From positions 220,342-284,341 of the forward strand of contig CAZEEV010000001.1 in assembly GCA_964511345.1 (NCBI GenBank): a DNA stretch of 64,000 bases, in the 5' to 3' direction. This document shows positions 20,716 to 30,500 of the stretch, piece by piece. A program made the position numbers and the translations under genes. The notes under the pieces were generated by a model that worked only from the letters and a program-made list of their open reading frames with translations, searched no databases and was not told the origin of the DNA. Source of the DNA: an uncultured Pseudomonadales bacterium. GTDB lineage: Bacteria > Patescibacteriota > Microgenomatia > UBA1400 > PJMF01. Every line of letters starts with the position of its first letter. The stretch's first letter is position 1.

Positions 20716-20786
20716 AGCGACCGAAGGGAGTCGAACCCTCACCTCAAACTTGGGAAGTTCGTATTCTACCGCTGAACTACGGTCGC
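20716..20786 (-). tRNA. tRNA-Gly(CCC)
   Basis: GCGACCG/CGGTCGC acceptor, CGAAC-ttCCCaa-GTTTG, GGTTCGACTCC. Confidence 0.95.
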
Positions 20787-20833
20787 TATTGATAAGTTTA
20801 GGAAGATTATAGCAAACTTTAAATACTTTAAAA

Positions 20834-21058
20834 TCAAGTGCTAGAAGATTCTTTTTTTGAAATCAGAGCTCTAATGGCAATTACTTGTAGATTTGTTTCT
20901 AGAGCTTCATCACTTAATCCACCTGCTAACTGTATTGAGTTAATTATTTCTCTTAATTCGTCTAGTGTTTTATTTCCAAAATTTTCTGATTCTTCAGTTA
21001 CTCTTTCTTTATAAGCTTTTTCAAGATATTCATCAGTTATAACCATGTTTTCCAGCAT
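20834..21058 (-). CDS. Small acidic hypothetical protein
   Basis: 74-aa ORF preceded by AAGGA SD-like site; no family recognised. Confidence 0.6.
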   Translation of the reverse strand: MLENMVITDEYLEKAYKERVTEESENFGNKTLDELREIINSIQLAGGLSDEALETNLQVIAIRALISKKESSST

Positions 21059-21209
21059 TTGTGTCCTTTATTTAGTTTGGTTAACTATATATTAGTCTAT
21101 CAAACATATAAAAAATTACAATTATAAGTAATAAAAATACTAAAATTAATATTTTTATAAAGCTACTTGAATTGTTTTTGTCATAAACACAAAGTAGAAT
21201 TATGATGAG

Positions 21210-22115
21210 ATGGTGAAGTTACAATATTCTGAAAGAAAAAAAGGAATCGTAGCTCTTTTTGTATTAGTAATAATTTGGGGTATCCTTCCAATTATTCCAA
21301 GATTTTTAAGTATTGATTTTAAATTGTTTCAACAAGTCTATCTTCGCATGTCGATCGGCCTTATTTTGTCTTTGCTTATATTTTCAAAAAATATAAATCT
21401 TAAAAAAATAATACTAACACCAAAAAAAGATTTATTTTTAATTCTTTTTAGAGCTACTTTTTATTATCTAGTAGGAGTTGTTTTGAATACTCAAGCACTT
21501 CTGCTAACTAAAATCAGCAACGTCACTCTTATTGGGGCTCTACCCATCACCTCATTATTAGGTTTCATTGTTCTCAAAGAAAAGTTTTCAGTAAAAAAAT
21601 TTATATTAGTTTGCTTAGCATTTTTCGGAGTTTTAATTGTATCAATAAATAATTTTTCAAATTTTTCTTTTGGATACGGAGAATTGCTTGCCTTACTTTC
21701 TTCATTATGTATATCGCTAGCTCTAATATCTAGAAAATGGCAATCTAAATTTCTCAATGATCAAGAAACAACAATTCTAATTCTTTCAATTTCCGCTGTT
21801 GAAATTTTCTTCGCTTCAATAATTAAAGGAGAGGGCATTCCAAACACTACTTGGAGTTTTAGTATTGTTGGTTTTCTAGTTTTAGGTGGAATTTTAAATG
21901 CTGGAACAAGTTTCTTTTCAAATTATGGTTTTGCTCGTGTTGATGCAGTTTTAAGTGGAAATATATTGATGCTTGAACCTATTCTTGCTTCAATATTTGC
22001 TTTCATTATTTTTAATGAAATCCCAGTTCCCAAAGAAATCTTTGGAGGGATAATTATACTTTTCAGCGTTATTATGATGAATCGCATAGAAAACAAGCAA
22101 TTAAAAAATGCCTAA
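21210..22115 (+). CDS. DMT/EamA family transporter
   Basis: Two EamA repeats, GELLALLS, LEPILASIFAFIIFNE. Confidence 0.9.
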   Translation: MVKLQYSERKKGIVALFVLVIIWGILPIIPRFLSIDFKLFQQVYLRMSIGLILSLLIFSKNINLKKIILTPKKDLFLILFRATFYYLVGVVLNTQALLLTKISNVTLIGALPITSLLGFIVLKEKFSVKKFILVCLAFFGVLIVSINNFSNFSFGYGELLALLSSLCISLALISRKWQSKFLNDQETTILILSISAVEIFFASIIKGEGIPNTTWSFSIVGFLVLGGILNAGTSFFSNYGFARVDAVLSGNILMLEPILASIFAFIIFNEIPVPKEIFGGIIILFSVIMMNRIENKQLKNA

Positions 22116-22188
22116 TCGGGATCACCCTGCGGGTACTAGTCTGGCGCTTCGTAATTTAAAACATCAGTGCTCGCCATACGGCGCGAAC
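22115..22188 (-). mobile_element. Remnant tRNA-Asp T-arm copy split by a 61-bp insert
   Basis: ATCGGGATC (22115-22123), insert 22124-22184, then GAAC; the tRNA reads ATCGGGATC-GAAC. Confidence 0.6.
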
Positions 22189-22215
22189 ATGGCTAGATCT
22201 CTCAATGAGTTCTTA

Positions 22216-22254
22216 AAATAAAAAATCCAGACCTTAGTCTGGAATTTTTATTTT
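22216..22254 (-). terminator. Terminator of tRNA-Asp (bidirectional-type)
   Basis: AAAAAATCCAGAC-CTTA-GTCTGGAATTTTT. Confidence 0.8.
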
Positions 22255-22255
22255 G

Positions 22256-22328
22256 CGACCTCGATCGGGATCGAACCGACGATCTTCTCCGTGACAGGGA
22301 GACATGTTAACCACTACACCACGAGGCC
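22256..22328 (-). tRNA. tRNA-Asp(GTC)
   Basis: GGCCTCG/CGAGGTC acceptor, TCTCC-ctGTCac-GGAGA, GGTTCGATCCC. Confidence 0.95.
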
Positions 22329-22350
22329 TTTTTAAAGATTTAGAAGCTTT

Positions 22351-22379
22351 ATTATATTTCAGACCCTCCTTTTTTGCAA
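22351..22379 (-). promoter_or_regulatory. Sigma70-type promoter of tRNA-Asp
   Basis: TTGCAA-17 bp-TATAAT on the minus strand. Confidence 0.65.
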
Positions 22380-22560
22380 AGCAAGAAAAAGGAGTTGGTA
22401 TGAAAGATGTTTTAGCGAATTTCAGGCCCTCATATTTCTTATTGCAGTCCGTCCTCCGTCTACACTTTGGACATTCCCTCGCAAAGCTCGGTCAAAAAAC
22501 GAGACAAATTTGCACAAAAATGCTACAATGAAAACTCATTAATATATAAAAAAGGAACCT

Positions 22561-23139
22561 ATGATTATCGCCTTAATTATTTTAGCTGTAGTTGTTCTCT
22601 ACGTAGTTGGAATTTACAATTCTCTACAAACTCTCAAGACTCAAATCAAAGCCAGTATTCAAGAAATTGGCAACCAATTAAAACGCCAAGCAGGCTTGAT
22701 TCCTAACTTAGAAGTTGCTGTCAAAGGTCAACTCAAACACGAAAAAGGCATTTACGAAATGCTTACTGATGCTCGCAAATCGGTCAATAAAGCTGACGCT
22801 TCCGGTTCAGCCAAAGATATTGATCAAGCAGTAGCTAAAATCCAAAATTTAATCCCACAAATTCAAGTGATGGTAGAAAGTAATCCAGAATTAAAAGCTA
22901 ACGAAGCTATTACCAAATTCATGGATGAACTAACTGATACTGCAGATAAATTGACTTACGCACGTCGTAGCGTCATTGATCTGTCTCAGAGTTTTAATGA
23001 AAAATTAGTAGTTTTCCCTTCTAATATTGTCGCTAATTTATTCGGCTTCAAAGAAGAAAAGGGCATTACCACTTCAACAACTGGCGCTCACATGGAAGTC
23101 AGTAGTGAAGAAGAGAAAAGTCCTAAAGTAAACCTCTAA
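22561..23139 (+). CDS. lemA: LemA family protein
   Basis: YNSL, QLKRQAGLIPNL, PELKAN, FPSNIVANLFGF. Confidence 0.93.
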   Translation: MIIALIILAVVVLYVVGIYNSLQTLKTQIKASIQEIGNQLKRQAGLIPNLEVAVKGQLKHEKGIYEMLTDARKSVNKADASGSAKDIDQAVAKIQNLIPQIQVMVESNPELKANEAITKFMDELTDTADKLTYARRSVIDLSQSFNEKLVVFPSNIVANLFGFKEEKGITTSTTGAHMEVSSEEEKSPKVNL

Positions 23140-23143
23140 GTTT

Positions 23144-24055
23144 ATGACTCACTATCAGTTAGTTGCGAAAAATAAGCAACGATCTTTTTTGATTATCTTC
23201 ATCTTTATTGCCTTCATCGTCGGAGCTTCTTATTTGATGGCAGAAGGCTTTGGTTATTCTTTAGATATCGTAGCCTGGGCTTTGATTTTTTCTGGAGCAA
23301 CTTCTTTCTTTAGTTATTTTTACTCAGATAAAATCATTCTTGGTATTTCTGGAGCTAAAGAGGCTAAGCGAAAGGAATTTTTTGACTTCTACACGGTCAC
23401 TGAAAACATTTGCCTAGGACAAAAAATGCCCATGCCTAAACTTTATGTGATTGAGGACAGTGCTATGAATGCTTTTGCCACTGGACGCAATCCAGAGCAC
23501 GCTGTGGTTTGCGCCACTACTGGTTTGTTAAGTCGTTTGAATCGCAGTGAAGTTGAGGCTGTCATTGCTCATGAAATGAGTCACGTTAAAAATTACGACA
23601 TTTTGCTCATGTCCGTCGTTTCTGTTTTAGTTGGCCTAATTGCTTTGTTAGCTGATTGGATGATGAGGATGTCTTTTTGGGGTGGGGGTAAAAAAAGAGA
23701 CAATAATGACAACGGTCAAATTGGAGCAATTATTGCTATCGTGGCAATAATTTTAGCGATTCTTTCACCAATTATTGCCCAACTAATTCAATTAGCCATT
23801 TCTCGCCGTCGCGAATTTTTAGCTGACGCTGGTAGTGCCAGCATGACTAAAAATCCACAAGGTCTCATTAAAGCTTTGAGTAAAATTAGTCAGGACAGCG
23901 AATCTTTGGAAGCTGCTAATAATGCCACTGCTCATTTGTATATCAGCAATCCACTAAAAAATGCCAAAGGAACCCATGCCTTTGCCAAGCTTTTTAATAC
24001 TCATCCACCAATTGAAGAAAGAATAAGGGCACTTCAAGAAATGCAAGCGATTTAA
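23144..24055 (+). CDS. htpX: Zinc metalloprotease HtpX (M48)
   Basis: NAFATG, AHEMSH, SRRREFLAD, THPPIEERI. Confidence 0.95.
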   Translation: MTHYQLVAKNKQRSFLIIFIFIAFIVGASYLMAEGFGYSLDIVAWALIFSGATSFFSYFYSDKIILGISGAKEAKRKEFFDFYTVTENICLGQKMPMPKLYVIEDSAMNAFATGRNPEHAVVCATTGLLSRLNRSEVEAVIAHEMSHVKNYDILLMSVVSVLVGLIALLADWMMRMSFWGGGKKRDNNDNGQIGAIIAIVAIILAILSPIIAQLIQLAISRRREFLADAGSASMTKNPQGLIKALSKISQDSESLEAANNATAHLYISNPLKNAKGTHAFAKLFNTHPPIEERIRALQEMQAI

Positions 24056-24083
24056 GCTTAAGAATGTGCTAAACTAAGCAACA

Positions 24084-24389
24084 ATGTCAGTCAACAATAC
24101 TCAAGTAAAACACATTGCCCAATTAGCTAATATTCCCATTAGTGAAGAGGAGAGTAATAAGCTTGCTCAAGATTTTAGTGAAACTCTCCAAGTAGTAGAC
24201 CAACTAAAAAAAGCTGACGTCTCTAAAGTAGAAATCACTCACCAGGTAACAGGCTTCAAAAATGTTTTCCGTGAAGATGTTGCTAAAGAAGATCAAAGCT
24301 TCACTCAAAAGGAAGCTTTGGCTAATGCTCATAAGACTTACAAAGGTTACTTTGTCGTGCCTTACGTTTTACAGAATAAGGACAATTAG
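24084..24389 (+). CDS. gatC: Asp/Glu-tRNA amidotransferase subunit C
   Basis: VKHIAQLANI, NVFRED, GYFVVP. Confidence 0.92.
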   Translation: MSVNNTQVKHIAQLANIPISEEESNKLAQDFSETLQVVDQLKKADVSKVEITHQVTGFKNVFREDVAKEDQSFTQKEALANAHKTYKGYFVVPYVLQNKDN

Positions 24390-24391
24390 TA

Positions 24392-25774
24392 ATGAAATTA
24401 AATGAATTAACTCTCAAAGAAAGTATTGACGCTCTAGATAAAAAAGAAGTCACTATTGAAGAAATTTATAGCGACTTAGACGCAGCCTACCAAAAGAAAA
24501 ACAAGGAATTAAATATTTATTTAAGTGTTGACACTGATGCCTTAAAAAAAGCTAAGGAAAACAAAGACAAACCACTTCGTGGTTTGCCAATCGCTGTTAA
24601 AGATAACTTTTGTACTAAAGGTCTACCAACTACAGCCTCATCTAAAGTTTTAGATGGCTTTTTACCTCAATATGAATCCACTGTTACCAAAAGATTAAAA
24701 GAAAATGGTGGTGTGATTTATGGCAAGACCAATATGGATGCTTGGGCTCATGGTTCTTCCACTGAAACCAGTGACTATGGTCGTACTCTTAATCCTCGTA
24801 ATCCTAAACATTTGCCAGGTGGATCCTCTGGTGGTAGTGCTGCCGCTATTGCTGCAGATCTTGCTATTTCTGCCATTGGTAGTGAAACGGCTGGCTCTAT
24901 TAGACAACCTGCTGCTTGGTGTGGAACGGTTGGTTTGAAACCAACTTATGGCAGAGTGAGTCGTTTTGGCGTGGTCGCCATGGCATCTTCTACTGATAGC
25001 CCAGGACCAATTGCTAAAACTGTTGAAGATGCTTGTATTTTACTTAATACTTTTGCTGGACCAGATGAAAAAGATGGCACCAGTAATAAAGAAAAATCTC
25101 CTGACTTTACTAGTTTCCTAAATCAAAGCATCAAGGGCATGAAAATTGGCGTTATCTATCAAGATGTTAAAGAAATAGCCGAAACTAATGAAAAATTGCT
25201 TAAGGAATTAGATATTCTCAAAGAAATGGGAGCTGAAATAGAAATTGTTCAGGCTATGGACCCTCATCATGCTATTGGTGTTTACACCGTGGTACAGAGG
25301 GCTGAAGTTAGTAGCAACTTAGCTCGCTATGACGGCATTCGCTACGGACATGATCGTTCTAATTTTGGCGATGAAGGCAAGAGACGTATTATGCTGGGCA
25401 CTTTTACTTTAACTAAAGGCTATGCTGACCGTTATTACAATTTGGCTCAAAAAGTCCGCACTCTTTATCTCAATGATTATAAAAAACTCTTTGCTAAATA
25501 TGATGTCTTAGTTTCACCAACTTCACCTTCTTTTGCTAAAGAAGTCGGCGCTTCTTTCAGTTCACCGATGTTTGGTGAATTAGAAGATATGTTACTTGAA
25601 GCTAGCTCAATCACTGGTTTACCAGGTGTAAACGTGCCTTTTTATCGTGACGAGAAAACCAATCTTTACCTTGGTGCTAATTTTATAGCTCCAATGTGGC
25701 GAGAAGATTTAGTCATTAAAGTTGCTGACGCTTTCGAAAAAAACAGCAAATGGAATTCATGGAGAAATAAATAA
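24392..25774 (+). CDS. gatA: Asp/Glu-tRNA amidotransferase subunit A
   Basis: AVKDN, PGGSSGGSAAA, GSETAGSIRQPA, SSNLARYDG. Confidence 0.97.
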   Translation: MKLNELTLKESIDALDKKEVTIEEIYSDLDAAYQKKNKELNIYLSVDTDALKKAKENKDKPLRGLPIAVKDNFCTKGLPTTASSKVLDGFLPQYESTVTKRLKENGGVIYGKTNMDAWAHGSSTETSDYGRTLNPRNPKHLPGGSSGGSAAAIAADLAISAIGSETAGSIRQPAAWCGTVGLKPTYGRVSRFGVVAMASSTDSPGPIAKTVEDACILLNTFAGPDEKDGTSNKEKSPDFTSFLNQSIKGMKIGVIYQDVKEIAETNEKLLKELDILKEMGAEIEIVQAMDPHHAIGVYTVVQRAEVSSNLARYDGIRYGHDRSNFGDEGKRRIMLGTFTLTKGYADRYYNLAQKVRTLYLNDYKKLFAKYDVLVSPTSPSFAKEVGASFSSPMFGELEDMLLEASSITGLPGVNVPFYRDEKTNLYLGANFIAPMWREDLVIKVADAFEKNSKWNSWRNK

Positions 25775-27120
25775 TGCCATACAAACTCGTTTGTGGACTC
25801 GAAGTTCACGCTGAACTAAAAACTAAATCAAAAATGTTTTGTTCCTGCAAGAACGATCCTTTTGGTGCAGAACAACCTAACACTTATACTTGCCCAGTTT
25901 GTCTTGGCATGCCAGGAGCTCTGCCTGTTGCTAATCGTCAAGCGATTGAGTGGACCATTAAATTGGGTTTGGCACTTAATTGTAAAATTAATTTGTTCTC
26001 AAAATTCGATCGCAAAAATTATTTTTACCCAGATCTACCCAAAGGTTATCAGATTAGTCAGTATGACATTCCTTTTTGTTATGATGGGTATATTGACACC
26101 ACTGAAGGTCGCGTGCGTATTCATCGTATTCATCTCGAAGAAGACACTGCCAAGCTTTCACATCAGGAGATTGATTTAGATGGTGATGGCAAACTAGATA
26201 AAGCTACTTTGATCGATTTCAATCGTAGCAGTGTTCCTCTTGTAGAAATCGTCACTGAACCAGACATCATTTCAGCCATCCAGGCCAAAGAATATGGCCA
26301 AAAATTGCGCCAAATCATGCGTTATTTAGATATTGCCGACTGTGACATGGAGAAGGGTGGCATGCGTTTGGAGGCAAATATTTCTCTACGCAAAGAAGGT
26401 CATCAAGACCTTCCTAATTACAAAGTCGAATGCAAAAATATTAACTCTTTTAAATTTTTGGAAGCCGCCATTCATTACGAAATAACTCGCCAAACAGAAA
26501 TTTTGCAAAATGGTGAAACACCAGTCCAAGAAACTCGTGGTTATAATCCTAATACTAGTAAGACTTTTTCACAAAGAACTAAAGAAGATGCGGCTGATTA
26601 TCGCTATTTCCCAGATCCAGATTTGCCACCAATTGAATTTACGATAGAGGAAATTGAAAAAATTCGTCAAACAATACCTGAGTTACCAGAGTTAAAAGCC
26701 GTTCGTTTTGCTAGGGACTATGGTATCAATGAAAAAGTAGCCACAGAATTAGTCGCCAATAAACAAAAATCAGAATTTTTTGAAGAAATTTTGAAAATTG
26801 CTAAAAAAGAAAATTTAGATTGCCAAAAAATCATTAATAGCTTACTAAACAAAAAAATTGTTTTTGCTTTTAATGAAAAGCCAGAATCAATTCTTAATAA
26901 ATTTAAAGAGAATTCAAGTAGTGAAAACATTGACCAAGCAGAGTTACAAAAAGTCATTCAAGAAGTCTTACACCAAAATCAAGATGCTGTCACAAAATAC
27001 AAGGCAGGAAAAACTGCAGTTATCGGTTTCTTAATTGGGCAAGTTATGCGTCAATTAAATAAAAAAATCGACGTCAATTTGGTCAAAAAAGAATTGATTA
27101 TTTTCCTCGAAAAAAATTGA
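25774..27120 (+). CDS. gatB: Asp/Glu-tRNA amidotransferase subunit B
   Basis: GLEVHAEL, FDRKNYFYPDLPKGYQISQ, DYRYFPDPDLP. Confidence 0.98.
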   Translation: MPYKLVCGLEVHAELKTKSKMFCSCKNDPFGAEQPNTYTCPVCLGMPGALPVANRQAIEWTIKLGLALNCKINLFSKFDRKNYFYPDLPKGYQISQYDIPFCYDGYIDTTEGRVRIHRIHLEEDTAKLSHQEIDLDGDGKLDKATLIDFNRSSVPLVEIVTEPDIISAIQAKEYGQKLRQIMRYLDIADCDMEKGGMRLEANISLRKEGHQDLPNYKVECKNINSFKFLEAAIHYEITRQTEILQNGETPVQETRGYNPNTSKTFSQRTKEDAADYRYFPDPDLPPIEFTIEEIEKIRQTIPELPELKAVRFARDYGINEKVATELVANKQKSEFFEEILKIAKKENLDCQKIINSLLNKKIVFAFNEKPESILNKFKENSSSENIDQAELQKVIQEVLHQNQDAVTKYKAGKTAVIGFLIGQVMRQLNKKIDVNLVKKELIIFLEKN

Positions 27121-27145
27121 CAAATCGCCATAAACCAATTATGAT
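27117..27145 (+). promoter_or_regulatory. Sigma70-type promoter of the orphan at 27186
   Basis: TTGACA-17 bp-TATGAT. Confidence 0.65.
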
Positions 27146-27185
27146 CCACTTTTATATATAGCTTTTGCTATAAGAAAGGTCGATT

Positions 27186-27482
27186 ATGACTGAAGGCTTA
27201 CCAAAAGTTGATCAATCAGAGCTTTCTTCCCCCCAAGATAGAGATGAAGATATCCTTGCAAATCATACCTATGAATTATGGGGCCGAGCTGTGTTGTTAT
27301 GTCCTTATTTCAAAAGATTAAACGATGATGAAGCCAACCAATTAATGTTAACTATTCATAGATTTGGAGAAAGTTCCATACAAGTGAATAATATGCTTTT
27401 GCAACTTGATAAAAAATACAACCCTGAAGAACCCGAGCCACAACTTTCAGAGGGCATGCAAGAGCTTTTGAATCACGACTAA
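27186..27482 (+). CDS. Hypothetical protein
   Basis: 98-aa ORF with own promoter and GAAAGG SD-like site. Confidence 0.65.
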   Translation: MTEGLPKVDQSELSSPQDRDEDILANHTYELWGRAVLLCPYFKRLNDDEANQLMLTIHRFGESSIQVNNMLLQLDKKYNPEEPEPQLSEGMQELLNHD

Positions 27483-27535
27483 TATAAAACAGTTTTACAA
27501 ATCTCCTAATTAATGCTAGACTTTTCTCGAGAGAT

Positions 27536-30500
27536 ATGTCTAAGCAAAACTTCGTTCATCTACATGTTCACACCGAATACTCAATGTTGGATGGTTTAAG
27601 TAAAATTCCTGATTTGGTTAAGAAAGTCAAAGATTTAAAACAAACAGCCGTCGCTATTACCGATCATGGCAACATGTACGGCAACATTGCCTTTTACAAC
27701 GAATGTAAAAAAGAAGGCATCAAAGCCATCATTGGTGTTGAAGCCTATATAGCTAAAAATTCTCGTTTCGATAAACAAATTCGCGTTGGTTCTGATCAAT
27801 TTCATTTAACCCTGTTAGCTGAAAATTATGTTGGTTACAAAAACCTCATGAAAATGGTAACTATCGCCAATTTTGAAGGTTTTTCTTATAAACCACGTAT
27901 TGATGATGAGATTTTGGAAAAATACAGTGAAGGCGTCATTTTATTAAGTGGTTGTATGAGTAGTCAAACTAGCCGTTTATTGTTAGATGATAAAGACGAG
28001 AAGGCATTAGAAATATTTAAAAAATATAAAAAAATCTTCAAAGATCGCTTTTATATCGAAGTGCAAAACTCTCCACACATTGAAGAGAGTAAAACTCTGC
28101 GTGACAAACTCGTTCAAGTTGCTCGTCAATTAAATTTGCCACTGGTTGCTACCAATGATTCTCATTATCTAGAAAAAGAAGATGCTGAGGCTCAGGATGC
28201 GCTTTTATGTGTACAAACTCGCAAGCTCATTTCTGACGCTAAAAGAATGAAGATGGTAGATAAACCAGATTTCTACTTTAAATCCACTGAAGAAATGTCG
28301 GAATTATTTAGCGATCTTCCAGAAGCAATTGAGAATACAGTTAAAATTGCTGAGCGCTGTAATCTAGAAATTCCCACTGGTCATTTAATTTTCCCAAGTT
28401 ACGAATTGCCAAAAGGAGAGACTTACGATACTTATCTAAGAAAGTTGAGTTTTGAAGGTGCTAAGAAAAAATACGGCAAAATCACTCCAGAAATTGAAAA
28501 AAGACTCGAATATGAAATTGGTATTATTAACGGTAAAGGCTATCCTGCTTATTTTTTAATTACTCAAGATTTTGTGAACTGGGCTAAAAATCAAGGCATC
28601 GCTGTTGGTCCAGGTAGAGGCAGTGCCGCTGGCTCAGTAGTTTCTTATGCCCTTAATATAACTACTCTTAATCCATTGGAGCATGGTCTGCCATTTGAAC
28701 GTTTTCTTAACCCAGAACGCCCCACGCCGCCTGATATTGACATGGACTTTGCAGATATTAAACGCGATGAGGTGATTAATTATGTGGCTAAAAAATATGG
28801 CGAAGACCATGTGGCCGCTGTGATTACTTTTGGAAGAATGGAAGCTAGAGTTGCTGTCCGTGATATTGGCCGCGTTTTAGGTTTACCTTATGAAGATCCC
28901 GACCGTATCGCTAAATTAATTCCTAATGAACCAGGCAAAAAAGTTTCTATCAAATCAGCAATCGAAAATATCCCTGAGCTAGCCAGCTTATATAAACAAG
29001 ATAAGTTCAAAAGGCTACTAGACCTTGCTTCTAAGGTTGAGGGCACCATTAGACACTCAAGCATGCACGCTTGCGCTATTATCATTGCTGATAAATCGCT
29101 TGATAACTATACTCCTATTCAAAAAGACTCTCGTTCCGGCAAAACTCTTACCCAATTAGACATGTATTCTCTCGACTGTAATATCGATGACAACGCAGTT
29201 GGTTTACTGAAGTTTGACTTTTTAGGTCTTCGAAACTTATCCATCATCCAGGAGGCACTTAAATTAATTAAAATATATAAGAATAAAGATATTGCTATTG
29301 ATCGTTTACCACTTGATGATAAAAAAACTTTTGACCTTCTAGCTTCCGGCGACACGACTGGTGTTTTTCAACTTGAATCGGCTGGTATGAGACGTGTGGC
29401 TAAGTCACTTAAACCTAGTGCTTTTTCAGATATTACTGCTATGGTGGCACTTTATCGTCCAGGTCCAATGGATCTTATTCCACGTTTTATTGAAGGCAAA
29501 CATAATTCAGCTTCCATAGAATATCCTCATGAATCCCTTGAGCCATTTTTGAAAGAAACTTATGGCATCATGGTTTACCAAGAGCAGATTCTAGAAATTG
29601 TGCACTTTATGGCTGGCTATAGTTTGGGTGAAGCCGATATGTTGCGTCGCGCTATTGGTAAAAAGAAAAAGAAAATTCTTGATAAAAACAAAAATCGTTT
29701 CATTGAGGAATCAGTTAAAAATAATTACAAAAAAGAAACAGCAGAAAAAATTTGGGGATTCATTGAAGCCTTTGCTAATTATGGTTTTAATAAAGCTCAC
29801 GCAGCTTGCTATGCCATGATTGCCTATGAGACAGCTTGGCTTAAGGCTAATTATCCAGTGGAATATATGACCGCTTTGATGAGTGTTGAATCAAATTCTC
29901 ATGGCATGAATCGTGATGAAAAAATAGCCATTGCCATCGAAGATTGTCGCAAAATGGGCATCAAGATCTTAGCCCCAGACATTAATCTTTCCGCTCAAGA
30001 TTTTACAATTGAAACCAATAAAGATTCTAAAGAAAACATGGCTATTCGTTTTGGTTTAACTGCTATTAAACACGTTGGCAAAGCTGCCATTGAAAATATT
30101 ATTGAGGTCAGAAAAGCAGAGAAGAATTTTGCCTCATTCACACATTTTATTCAGGCTACAGATAGTCGTAAAGTTAATAAAAAAACCTTGGAATGTTTAA
30201 TTAAAGTGGGCGCTATGGATCGATTTGCAACAAGAGCTTCAATGCTAGAAAATCTCGATCAAATTCGTCAAAACGCTGGTCAATTTCAATCTGAAATTGA
30301 TGGGCAAGATCATTTATTTGCTAGCGTAAGCGAGAAGAGCACTGAAATCAAAGACAGTTTTATTAAACTCAAAGAATATCCAGAAGCAGAACTCTTATCC
30401 TTTGAAAAAGAGTTGCTTGGTTTATATCTGACTGATCATCCACTAGCCGACGCTCTTAGTTTAGTCAGTAAAAGATCTAATATGAAAATCGCTGAATTAG

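Noticed and set aside
20551-20732. CRISPR array suggested by a 48-bp direct repeat
   Set aside because: Only two copies, derived from a tRNA 3' end, and no cas genes in the window.
22304-22399. ORFs starting within tRNA genes (22304, 52304, and the 20464 start of alr)
   Set aside because: They overlap confident tRNA genes.
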